Source of the DNA: Gemmatimonadota bacterium
GTDB taxonomy: Bacteria; Pseudomonadota; Gammaproteobacteria; Burkholderiales; Burkholderiaceae_F
Length of the DNA stretch: 64,000 nucleotides
NCBI GenBank assembly: GCA_050258235.1
Contig: JBLMYK010000329.1
Location: forward strand, 3,910 to 67,909
Direction: 5' to 3'
The notes beneath the pieces were generated by a model. That model did no database searches, was not told where the DNA came from, and saw nothing but the letters and a program-made list of their open reading frames with translations. This document shows, one piece after another, positions 62,547 through 64,000 of this stretch (positions within the stretch are counted from its first letter, which is position 1; each line of letters begins with the position of its first letter). The translations under genes were made by a program, and so were the position numbers.

Positions 62547-64000
<1,454 letters not shown>

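Overview
The sequence is very GC-rich and densely coding, and it looks like betaproteobacterial (Burkholderiales-like) chromosome. I call about 62 protein genes and saw no rRNA, tRNA, CRISPR array, transposase or integrase. All calls come from reading the sequence and the ORF track by eye. Family assignments are motif recognition from memory, not database searches. Most very long ORFs in the track are GC-driven antisense shadows, and several real genes start well inside the listed ORFs. Two edge genes are missing from the track because they are open at the window ends: an EamA transporter at 1-611 and metH at 62547-64000.

The right half (42.9-64 kb) is conserved housekeeping synteny. It runs topB-smg-dprA-LysM, then divergently def-fmt-rsmB-DUF4390-NtrY/NtrX-like pair-trkA-(EF-hand gene)-trkH, and ends at metH.

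The left half is a mosaic of salvage, transport and accessory modules:
- upp and codA
- a translationally coupled MarR-OMF-EmrA-EmrB efflux operon
- a cupredoxin-FTR1-outer-membrane-barrel iron module behind a Fur-box promoter
- a BMP-type ABC importer
- a FadL porin
- an ECF sigma module
- gstA, an exonuclease/GIY-YIG fusion, copA, a SET-domain protein, a fructosamine kinase, and a membrane-fused spermidine-synthase-like protein

The best candidates for something under-described are:
1. A six-gene periplasmic sulfur cluster at 19.36-25.82 kb. It combines a Tat-exported Psr/Phs-type molybdoenzyme (ABC subunits), a secreted CXXCH plus triple-rhodanese fusion protein, and a split YeeE/YedE channel.
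2. A tightly coupled operon at 27.8-29.8 kb: a QueC paralogue with substituted catalytic motifs, an NfsA-like nitroreductase, and a DUF1857/SRPBCC protein.
3. An untracked 58-codon gene at 26004-26180 for a secreted Lys/Cys-rich peptide.

None of these can be shown to be novel without database searches.
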